A stretch of DNA of 64,000 nt from a virus: the IMG/VR virus record IMGVR_UViG_3300047499_000102, positions 34,011 to 98,010 of that record. One strand, written 5' to 3'. Under the pieces are notes generated by a model, which did no database searches, was not told the origin of the DNA, and worked only from the letters and a program-made list of their open reading frames with translations. This document shows positions 1 through 7,747 of the stretch, piece by piece (position 1 is the stretch's first letter; every line of letters begins with the position of its first letter). The translations under genes and the position numbers were made by a program.

Positions 1-254
1 GGAGACGGGGCGGGAGTGGGGGCCGGCGACGGGGTGGCGGCGGGCGTGTTCGCCGTGATGGCGGCCGCCAGGTCGGTCGCGCTCTTCGCGAGCTCGGCCT
101 GCAGGTTGGGCAGCGCGGCGGTGTCGCCGGCGGCGTTGGCCGCGATCGCTGCCTGGAGCTGGGTGGCGAGCCCGTTGATGAGGATGACCGCGGACTCCTC
201 CACGGAGGTGTTCTGCGCGACCTGGGCCTGGAGAGCGGTGAGCTGGGTGGACAT
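1..254 (-). CDS. Small Ala-rich helical phage protein (partial, runs off window)
   Basis: MSTQLTALQAQVAQNTSVEESAVILINGLATQLQAA...ANTP, with SD GAAGGAG before ATG 254; a short in-frame upstream extension is possible. Confidence 0.7.
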   Translation of the reverse strand, partial: MSTQLTALQAQVAQNTSVEESAVILINGLATQLQAAIAANAAGDTAALPNLQAELAKSATDLAAAITANTPAATPSPAPTPAPS

Positions 255-595
255 GGACGTGACTCCTTCGAGGGTGAGGCCCTGACGCTCGAGGAGAAGA
301 CGGAGCATCCCTTCGATGCGATCGAGCTGGTGCACGAGGGGCACCCTACCGCATCCGCCGCGTCATGGCACGAGTGACGTCGTCACCTGGATTGTCACGC
401 CGATGCCCATGTCGCCCAGGTCCGCCGCGGGACGCACGCCGATGTGGAGGCGGTCTGGATCGCTGTCGCGAACGCCTGGCACCGTCACCACACGGCCGCC
501 GCTCCACCAACGCGGGAGCGGCGGGTCGAACGGCTAGGCGATGGGCAGCTGCCAGAGCAGGTGGACGACGAGCGCGTGGAGCACCGCGCGCAGCA

Positions 596-1012
596 TCATT
601 CGATGATTGGAGCAGGCGATGGATCTGTCGGTGGCGGTGGCGGGTCCGTGTTCATCACCGCGCTGGCGGGAATGGGCACGCTGGAAGCGGGCCTCAGATG
701 CCAGAATAACTTCCCGAGCGCGTTGAGCCGCTCCGAGGACGGCTCCGTGCCGAGCGCCGTCGCCTGACCTGCAAGCGAGCCGTCGGTCTCCTCGACGAGC
801 GCCACCCGAAAGCCCTTGGCGACCAGGCGGCCGTGATAGGCGCGCAGCTCGGCCTCGTCGGCGACGTGTAGCAGACGCAGGATGGTGCGCTTCGAGATCG
901 GCGCCACGAGGATGCTCTCGCCCGCGGCGTGACCAACGTGAACCATCTGCGCCTCGTGGGTCATGTCGCGCCGCACGAGCACGTACTGGACCGGGTCCTG
1001 AGCGCCTCTCAT
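596..1012 (-). CDS. Peptidyl-tRNA hydrolase 2 (PTH2)-like protein
   Basis: QYVLVRRDM...Q..HVGHAA...L.V.DE.EL......L...G.....V.E.DG...GQ.TALG.EP follows the PTH2 pattern; ATGA overlap with upstream gene. Confidence 0.65.
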   Translation of the reverse strand: MRGAQDPVQYVLVRRDMTHEAQMVHVGHAAGESILVAPISKRTILRLLHVADEAELRAYHGRLVAKGFRVALVEETDGSLAGQATALGTEPSSERLNALGKLFWHLRPASSVPIPASAVMNTDPPPPPTDPSPAPIIE

Positions 1013-1866
1013 GCGGCCACCGAACCGGAAGGATCGACGTGTGGATCCGGCGGATTCGATTCGGGCGACGGCGCGATCTCGGCCACGAGTGCCATGCCGA
1101 ACAGTTGGCGCCCGCGCGCGTCGTGTCCGTAGCAGCGATCGGGATCGACGATGATCCCGGCCACCTTGGTCTGGGCCTGCTGCTTGGCCACGAAGCCGAC
1201 GCCATCGGGGGCCACGCGCGGCCCGTAGTCGCTCCAGAGGACGTCGACGGTCCCTTCGCTCACGAGCTGCGAAAGCTGCGCGAGGAGCAAGCCGTCGCTG
1301 TAGCCGACGTACAAGCAGAGTTTGAAGCCGGCGGCGATCACGGGCGCTGCGCAGTCGCGCACGTAGCTCAGCACCGGGGCGCCCGTGTCGCCGAGCCCCT
1401 CCAGGTCGAGCGCGAGATGGGCACCCTTCGGGTACTCGAGGCGCGTCGCGTCGGAGACCATCCTTGCGCCGTGCTTCGCCCCGAGCGCCCCCGTGGCCTG
1501 CCAACCAGGCCGCAGGACGTGGAAGACCAGCAGCAGAATCCAGCCCACACCGAGCTCGGCATCGCGCTCCGCAATGCTCATGTCCTCGCCGTACCGCCAC
1601 AGAAACACGAGAGGCTTGCCCTCGATGGCCTGACCGTGCAGTTGGCTCGACGTCGCTGGGTTGAACACGAAGATGGTGTCGGCGCCCATGCTGTCGGGCA
1701 CCGGGGTCGCTGCGAAAGACATGGTGGCTCTCCTGGGTCGTCTTCGATGAAATCCTTCGAGGCTGTAGCCGCCCGCGAGCATGTGAGCCATGGCCGCTTC
1801 CAACCACTCCACGCGTTCGCGGAGCTCGTAGTTCTCAAGCTCGATGTCTTCGGCCGACCGTTCCAT
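1009..1866 (-). CDS. DUF1906/GH25-like glycoside hydrolase, candidate endolysin (strong internal start at 1722)
   Basis: GAD..., F.WRY, AE....L..G, G...G...A..L.YP.G..L.LDLE, G....LYVG pattern; SD AGGAG before ATG 1722. Confidence 0.6.
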   Translation of the reverse strand: MERSAEDIELENYELRERVEWLEAAMAHMLAGGYSLEGFHRRRPRRATMSFAATPVPDSMGADTIFVFNPATSSQLHGQAIEGKPLVFLWRYGEDMSIAERDAELGVGWILLLVFHVLRPGWQATGALGAKHGARMVSDATRLEYPKGAHLALDLEGLGDTGAPVLSYVRDCAAPVIAAGFKLCLYVGYSDGLLLAQLSQLVSEGTVDVLWSDYGPRVAPDGVGFVAKQQAQTKVAGIIVDPDRCYGHDARGRQLFGMALVAEIAPSPESNPPDPHVDPSGSVAA

Positions 1867-1875
1867 GGTCCCCGA

Positions 1876-2160
1876 TCAACGTCGTCGGCCCTGGCCCAGC
1901 GCGTGGTGCCTGGCGTACTGCTCTCGGCTCACGTACCCCGTGGGGTTGCCTTCGACCATGCACTCACGGCACTGCTCCGAGATCGCCTTCGCGACGGTGC
2001 CGTCCTCGTTGCGCTCTAGGATGGTGAGCACCGCCTTCTCGCCGAGGCAGACGTAGCAGCGGATGCGCGCGCCCGGTAGCGCCGGCTTCGTCGGGGGCTC
2101 CTCGGGCACCTCCGTGTAGAGCGGCGTCGGCCTCCGATGGATGTCGTCCTCGCCGCTCAT
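1876..2160 (-). CDS. Small zinc-ribbon protein
   Basis: CYVC and CREC pairs; SD AGGAGG. Confidence 0.65.
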   Translation of the reverse strand: MSGEDDIHRRPTPLYTEVPEEPPTKPALPGARIRCYVCLGEKAVLTILERNEDGTVAKAISEQCRECMVEGNPTGYVSREQYARHHALGQGRRR

Positions 2161-2270
2161 GTCGACCTCCTACGGTGAGTCCGGGCTCCCCTTCCTCCAT
2201 CCAGACCCCCGCGGCCGCCGCCAGCACGACGGCGACCAGGCGGCCAGGATGAGGCGCAACGCGCCCGCAA

Positions 2271-2576
2271 CTACGGGGCGCAGACGAAGCCCATGCGCTG
2301 GGCGTCGGCCACGGTCTTCACCGTCGACGACGTGACGTCGGCGCAACTGAAGACCTTGCCCGTGGTCGGGTTGCGATGGTCGTGGTCGACGCTGTAGCCC
2401 ATCAGGAAGGTCGGGCAGTCCGACTCGCCCCCGATGGAGCATGTCGCCGCCTTGAGCGCTTCGCATGCCGTCTTGCACTGCTGCGTCGTGGGCAGCGACC
2501 CGTCAGAGACGCTGCTCGCGCTGGGCGTCTGGCACGCCATCAGCGCGATCACGGTAATGGCAATGGCCGCTCTCAC
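2271..2576 (-). CDS. Cys-rich lipoprotein
   Basis: (V/M)RAAIAITVIALMAC lipobox; GTGA overlap with peptidase stop. Confidence 0.7.
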   Translation of the reverse strand: MRAAIAITVIALMACQTPSASSVSDGSLPTTQQCKTACEALKAATCSIGGESDCPTFLMGYSVDHDHRNPTTGKVFSCADVTSSTVKTVADAQRMGFVCAP

Positions 2577-3511
2577 GTCGTCCCCGTGATCGCCAGCACG
2601 CACGCGTCCTGGATCGAGCTGTCCAGGGCGGTGACGTCGCACTGCCAGAGCCCTCCTCGGATGCCAGGCACGTCGGACGTCCCGAAGCCGTCCTCGCCCC
2701 AGCTGTTGCCGTTCCAGAAGGACAGCTTGTTGTCGAGGCCGGGCGCGCCCTGCAGCCACGAGGTGAGCTCGGCCTGGGTCCCGGACCACTCGTAGTCCAG
2801 CAGGTAATTCGCATGGTCGACGTCGCCGGTCAGGTCGACGGCGCGCAGGATGCCGCCGCGGTACGCCTGGAAGGTCGCCCCCGATGCGGGGATGGCCATG
2901 CTCACGGGGCGGCCCACGGCGAGCGCGGACATGATGTCGATGCGGCGCTGCAGCCCGCTCGACTGGACGAAGAAGGCTCCGTCGACCCTGATGGGCGACT
3001 CGGCCTTGAACTTCTCGGGCGCGGGCTCGATGAGCTCCGCATCGGTCGTGCCAGGCACGTACATGGTGGCCGAGCTGGCGGGGTACTGGCCCCACACGCT
3101 CGCGCCACACCCGCCCCAGCGACCGAGCGCCGAGAGCACCGACGACGGCATCGAGCCGACGTCGAAGAGTGGCACGAGAGTGCCGTCCGGCGCCGGCGGG
3201 GGGCGGTCGATCGTGTACATGCCGTATGCGATGCCCACGGGCGACAGTAGCTCGGGCAGCGGCTTGCCGAGGACCGCGTAGTACAGCGTGATCGCGGCCG
3301 CGTGGGCATGCGCCTCACACGTCTCGGTGTCGTTCTGGTTGAGGATGCCCGGGCCGCCGAGCGACGGCAGCAGCTTTTGCCGGTTGCTCGTCTTCAGGGG
3401 CAGCGACTGCGCCGCGGCGCGCATGGCGCCGATGCCGTGGTGCAGGTGCAGCCCCATGCGCGCGGCGACGACCGCGGGAGCATCGGCGATGTGTCCGGTG
3501 TGGAAGGTCAC
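2573..3511 (-). CDS. Papain-like (C1 family) cysteine peptidase
   Basis: LNQNDTETCEAHA (Q...C), DHANYLLDY (H) and GNSWGEDGFG (N) catalytic motifs; GTG start overlaps upstream stop. Confidence 0.8.
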   Translation of the reverse strand: MTFHTGHIADAPAVVAARMGLHLHHGIGAMRAAAQSLPLKTSNRQKLLPSLGGPGILNQNDTETCEAHAHAAAITLYYAVLGKPLPELLSPVGIAYGMYTIDRPPPAPDGTLVPLFDVGSMPSSVLSALGRWGGCGASVWGQYPASSATMYVPGTTDAELIEPAPEKFKAESPIRVDGAFFVQSSGLQRRIDIMSALAVGRPVSMAIPASGATFQAYRGGILRAVDLTGDVDHANYLLDYEWSGTQAELTSWLQGAPGLDNKLSFWNGNSWGEDGFGTSDVPGIRGGLWQCDVTALDSSIQDACVLAITGTT

Positions 3512-4317
3512 TTCGCGCTCCCGTGCGCCACGCTCGCATGCACCGCGCGCGGCTCCGACTGGTCGAGCGCGTTGACGACGTTGAGGAGACTGCCTCCGCA
3601 GGCTGCCACGCCGTCCTCGAGCACGGTCAGGATGGGCGTTCCCGCAGGCTCCTTCGCGTACGTCGTGGCGACGCAGGCCACGAAGGCCGCGTCCACGGGC
3701 ACGCTGTTGATGGCGGTCTGCCCCTGCTGGGCAGTGCAGCCGGTCTGGGTCGCGACGGTGCCGCCGAGCAGGCCACCGAGGCCGAGCAGCACGAGCGCGG
3801 TCATGCTCGCCTTCACGGCGACGGCCTTGGCGATCTTGCCGGCCGTGGTCGCGTTGGTGTTCCCTCCGCTCAGATCGTCGATGAGGAAGACGGCCGCCTG
3901 CGCCCACTTCGGTGCCGCGCCATGGTTGACGATCGCCGTCAGGATGCCATCGAAGAAACCGCTGCCGCCGGCCAGCACGATGCACGAGAGGATGGCCGAG
4001 CCGATGGGTGTGCCGTTCTGCAGAGCGGAGACCACGCCGTACACCAGGCCGAGGAAGGCGGACACCGACGGCAGCCACTGCGCGGGCAACTTGATTGGGA
4101 AACGACTGTCGGGCCCGCAGAGCTTGCGTGCGTACAGCAGGGCGAAGCCGAACAGGGGCAGCCATCCGTGGGAGCTCACGAGGGCGACGATGTCCTGCAG
4201 AGGCGAGATCGCGACCGGGGTGGTGGTCCCCTGGGCGAAGGCGGTGGTGGTGGCGCAAAGGCTGGCGAACGTCGCCACGACGAGGAACACGGAAGTGAGA
4301 CTACGACGAGGTGACAT
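3508..4317 (-). CDS. Multi-TM holin-like membrane protein with C-terminal lipoprotein-like segment
   Basis: N-terminal signal-like stretch, about 3 hydrophobic helices, then MTALVLLGLGGLLGGTVATQTGC; adjacent to the hydrolases. Confidence 0.55.
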   Translation of the reverse strand: MSPRRSLTSVFLVVATFASLCATTTAFAQGTTTPVAISPLQDIVALVSSHGWLPLFGFALLYARKLCGPDSRFPIKLPAQWLPSVSAFLGLVYGVVSALQNGTPIGSAILSCIVLAGGSGFFDGILTAIVNHGAAPKWAQAAVFLIDDLSGGNTNATTAGKIAKAVAVKASMTALVLLGLGGLLGGTVATQTGCTAQQGQTAINSVPVDAAFVACVATTYAKEPAGTPILTVLEDGVAACGGSLLNVVNALDQSEPRAVHASVAHGSAK

Positions 4318-4383
4318 GATGGGTTCTCCTTGATGACGCTTCGCAGGCAATCGTGGCTGTCGCAGCAGCCGAGGTCAACTGGG

Positions 4384-4641
4384 TCAGGCCAGCGCCTTGA
4401 AGAACTGGAACGCCGATCCCACGCCGGTCGCGTCGCCGGCGATGGTGGCCGCGACGCCGAGGAACGCGAGCATGCTGTCCCATACGGTGGGGCCATCGTC
4501 GCGCTGGAAGATCGCCGTCTTCACCAGCAGCGCCTCGGACTGCTGGAGCTCAATACCCTGGCTGAAGAAGTCGTCCCACTCCTCGGGCGACTTCACCGGC
4601 GCCTTCTCGGCCATCGTCGAGCAAATCTCGTCGTAGGTCAT
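4384..4641 (-). CDS. Hypothetical protein with C-terminal hydrophobic helix
   Basis: ATGA-coupled ORF MTYDEICSTM...FQFFKALA. Confidence 0.6.
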   Translation of the reverse strand: MTYDEICSTMAEKAPVKSPEEWDDFFSQGIELQQSEALLVKTAIFQRDDGPTVWDSMLAFLGVAATIAGDATGVGSAFQFFKALA

Positions 4642-4928
4642 GGGCGACATCCCGCGTCTGCAGGGTACCCGGCCACGTGCCTGTACAGCATGGCGCTCGC
4701 GTTGAGGCACATCGAGCCCTCGATCGATCTCACCGCCCCCCCGGGACAGGGGCCACCGTCGCGCGCGCACACGCTCTCCAGTTGGATGGATGCGTTGCGC
4801 TGGGCCTCGGCCGCAGCGGTGTCCGCATCGGTCCACTTGTCCAGCTGCGAGCCGCCGCACGACAGCGCCGCGACAGCGACAGTGACCGCTCCCAGCATGG
4901 CGAAGAAATAGCGATCGGCGAGACTCAT
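4638..4928 (-). CDS. Lipoprotein (possible o-spanin-like)
   Basis: MSLADRYFFAMLGAVTVAVAALSC lipobox; coupled to upstream TM protein. Confidence 0.65.
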   Translation of the reverse strand: MSLADRYFFAMLGAVTVAVAALSCGGSQLDKWTDADTAAAEAQRNASIQLESVCARDGGPCPGGAVRSIEGSMCLNASAMLYRHVAGYPADAGCRP

Positions 4929-5740
4929 GGCGACGGGTACCTCCCTGGCTTGTGCGGTGATGCTGGCGCCGCCGTGGCGGGCACCGGAGCGGCGGGGATG
5001 GGATCGATGAACGCTGGCGAGGTCGCTGGTGCGGAAGTGGGTGGTGGCTGACGATTGACGCCCTCGAGGAGGCCCTGCTCGTGCGCCTTCGCGACCTCGG
5101 CGGACAACTTCCACATGAAGCCGAGGATGCTGATCACGACGGCGACGGCCACGCCCGCGGCCACGCCCCAGAACCATTTTCTGATCCGCCGCAGGGTCCG
5201 CCCATCGGCCGCAAGATGCTCGTCGGCGATGACCTCGCGGACCCGATCGCTGTCGCTTTTCTGGTCCGGCACCGGGGGCGGTGGCGGGAAGCCGGGGAGG
5301 GTTGTCAGCCGAAGACCCGGATTGGTTTTCTCGATCATGTCGTCGAAGGCCTCGCTGGCGGCGCGCTTCACCCCAGCCTCCATGTCCTCGACGCTCGGAA
5401 GCTCGTCGCGCATGCCCTCGACACGCGCCTTCAACTCATCGCGCAACTGCTCCGCGTGCTGCTCGAGCGCGTCGTTCAGAGCGCCCGCCACGCTCTCCTT
5501 GACCATGTGCTCAAGTCGCGCAGGGATGGTGTTTATGGCAGGACGGATCTCGTCCAACTCCTTGTAGATCGCCTTGAGGTGCTGGTGGTCCTGGGCGACA
5601 ACGTTCGCGTAAACGCGCGCGAGTTCCTCCCACGACGCCCGCGGGAGGTTGCGAGGCACGTCTGTCATCATGGGCCGCTGGGGGGGCAACGGGGCGATGA
5701 GCGGATCGCGGCCGTTGCCGCGGTGCTCGCGGTTACTCAT
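4925..5740 (-). CDS. Coiled-coil membrane protein with one TM helix and Pro-rich tail
   Basis: Helical N-region, WFWGVAAGVAVAVVISILGFMW TM; SD GAGGAG. Confidence 0.7.
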   Translation of the reverse strand: MSNREHRGNGRDPLIAPLPPQRPMMTDVPRNLPRASWEELARVYANVVAQDHQHLKAIYKELDEIRPAINTIPARLEHMVKESVAGALNDALEQHAEQLRDELKARVEGMRDELPSVEDMEAGVKRAASEAFDDMIEKTNPGLRLTTLPGFPPPPPVPDQKSDSDRVREVIADEHLAADGRTLRRIRKWFWGVAAGVAVAVVISILGFMWKLSAEVAKAHEQGLLEGVNRQPPPTSAPATSPAFIDPIPAAPVPATAAPASPHKPGRYPSP

Positions 5741-5776
5741 GGTGTCGTTCTCCTCGGCAGGCGTGTGGAGCGAAAG

Positions 5777-6091
5777 CTACTGCGATACGTCCGGGCGCCG
5801 CTTCGGGGTGTGTCGGCTCGCCCCGATCTCGTTACCGACGTCGCAGCACTCGTTCGGATCCGGGCACCCGACCGTCGGGAACGCTCCGCCGCAGACCTGT
5901 CCCTGCGAACAGCAGCCGTCTGGCTTGCCCGTCCCGTCGGGTGTGCCAGGCGCGTAGCACTCGACCTCGACCTCGCTGCACAGGTGGCCGGGCAGCGGCT
6001 TGATGGTCGGGTCGACCCGGTTGATCCAGTCGCACGCGGGGGCGAGCGTGATGGCGAGGACGGCGACGAAGGCGACGGCGATGGGCTTCAT
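5777..6091 (-). CDS. Cys-rich lipoprotein
   Basis: MKPIAVAFVAVLAITLAPAC; multiple CC motifs; ATGA overlap. Confidence 0.7.
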   Translation of the reverse strand: MKPIAVAFVAVLAITLAPACDWINRVDPTIKPLPGHLCSEVEVECYAPGTPDGTGKPDGCCSQGQVCGGAFPTVGCPDPNECCDVGNEIGASRHTPKRRPDVSQ

Positions 6092-6381
6092 GGGCAGCAG
6101 GCTCCAGGACACGTGCCTGCGGCTCCCCCGCAGAGGGTACCCGCGGCGCAGCATCCGCCGGCGGAGCGATCGGGGTTGGCGCAGGTGTCCTGGCCCGACG
6201 CGCAAGCCGGCAGAGGGCTCGGCTGCGTGGGCAGCCACGGCGCGGCTGCGCCCCCCTCGTGGGCGCTCGCGTCGACGTCGAGCGAGTCGCCCATCCGCTG
6301 CGCGTGGCGCGCGGCTGTCGGACCCGATGCGCACGCGGCAAGGACCGCGGCGGCGGTGAGGATGGCGATGGTGGTCTTCAT
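6088..6381 (-). CDS. Cys-rich lipoprotein
   Basis: MKTTIAILTAAAVLAAC lipobox; ATGA overlap. Confidence 0.75.
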   Translation of the reverse strand: MKTTIAILTAAAVLAACASGPTAARHAQRMGDSLDVDASAHEGGAAAPWLPTQPSPLPACASGQDTCANPDRSAGGCCAAGTLCGGAAGTCPGACCP

Positions 6382-7166
6382 GGTAGGACCTCGAGCAGTT
6401 TGCCGCCCACGTCGATGTGGGCCCCATGCAGCAGCTCGGGCGAGTAGTCGCCCATGTGAGCCTTGCCGACCCACACGCGCATGTTGCCGTCGGGCAGCGC
6501 CTGAAGAACCGCGTGGCGCGCGCCCTTCGTGTCCGCGTTGAGCGGGACCGAGAGGACGACGTTGCCCGGCTTCGCGTTCGCCCAGGCCTTCGGCTGCGAG
6601 GTGATGACGATGCTCCCGTCTCCCGCGGTGACGGTGCCGCTGACCGTGATGCCGCCGCCGTCGTCCAGGGTGATGCCGGTGGGCGGCTTCCAGTCCGGCC
6701 CGTGTGTGATCTCCGGCACGAGCCCGCAGCGCTGGAAGCACTCGATCCCCTCGGTGATGAGGGCTCCCTTGGTGTCCACGTACCCACCAGCGTCATCGCG
6801 AGGCCACGTTGCCCACCGCGCCGCCGAGACGTCTTCGCAAGCCTTCACGCACGGACTGCCCGATGGGTACCGAAACGCCCAGCGCGTGTGGTCGTCGTGG
6901 TCGCGGTCGCTCCATCCCGTCTGGCACGACGTCGTCTCGCCGGTCTGCGCGACGGTCCAGTTCGTCGAGGACGGCACGACGTCCCCGACGTAGATGACGC
7001 CGCCGCCGTCCGGGTACTGCGCCGTTTGCAGGATCGTCGGGCCACCTCGCTGCACGTCGTACTCGACCCGCTCGGTCGGCACCGGCTGCGACTGCTCCAA
7101 TGGAGCCGCAGTCGGGCGCGCGCACGCCGCGAGCGCCAGCAGCGCGGCTGCGAGCGGCGCCCTCAC
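6378..7166 (-). CDS. Lipoprotein
   Basis: (V/M)RAPLAAALLALAAC lipobox; GTGA overlap. Confidence 0.7.
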   Translation of the reverse strand: MRAPLAAALLALAACARPTAAPLEQSQPVPTERVEYDVQRGGPTILQTAQYPDGGGVIYVGDVVPSSTNWTVAQTGETTSCQTGWSDRDHDDHTRWAFRYPSGSPCVKACEDVSAARWATWPRDDAGGYVDTKGALITEGIECFQRCGLVPEITHGPDWKPPTGITLDDGGGITVSGTVTAGDGSIVITSQPKAWANAKPGNVVLSVPLNADTKGARHAVLQALPDGNMRVWVGKAHMGDYSPELLHGAHIDVGGKLLEVLP

Positions 7167-7645
7167 CGCGACCCCGGCCAGTAGACGTGGTCGGCGACCT
7201 TGCAGCTCTTGGTGCAGGCCTCGTAGTCGTGCAGGTAGGCCGCGTAGTCGCCCGGCGAGACCTCCGACAGCGGCTTGCCGAAGCGCTGGTAGACGGTCTG
7301 CCCGACGCTCGCGTAGGCCGCGGTGCAGCCGTAGTCGCACGGCCGCTCGTTGCCATCGACCACCGCGTAGGAGCCTCCATCGATCGTGGGGACGACGGTG
7401 CGGCCCGTCGGCAGCATGAGGCGGTAGTCCCCTACGTGGTAGGCCGGGGGCGCCGCCGCTGCGCTGGGGGCGGTGGTCGCGACGGGCGCGGATGCCTCGA
7501 CAGTGGCCTCGGCCACCCCGGCGTCGACAACGAGCACTGAGGCAGTGGGCGCAGGGGGTGGCAGCGGTGGGACGGGGGGTGGCAGCGTCGCCATGCAAGC
7601 GACCATGGCGAACGTGAAGAGCGACAGCGCGAGCAGGAATCGCAT
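7163..7645 (-). CDS. Lipoprotein with Pro/Ala-rich linker
   Basis: MRFLLALSLFTFAMVAC lipobox; SD GGAGG. Confidence 0.7.
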   Translation of the reverse strand: MRFLLALSLFTFAMVACMATLPPPVPPLPPPAPTASVLVVDAGVAEATVEASAPVATTAPSAAAAPPAYHVGDYRLMLPTGRTVVPTIDGGSYAVVDGNERPCDYGCTAAYASVGQTVYQRFGKPLSEVSPGDYAAYLHDYEACTKSCKVADHVYWPGSR

Positions 7646-7747
7646 CGGAAGTGACCTCCGGGCCGAGGCTAGCACCGCGCATGCGCTGCGTGAACGACCA
7701 TCAGATCGCGTCCCGCAGCGGCACCGCGTCGTTCGCGGGCGCCGCCT

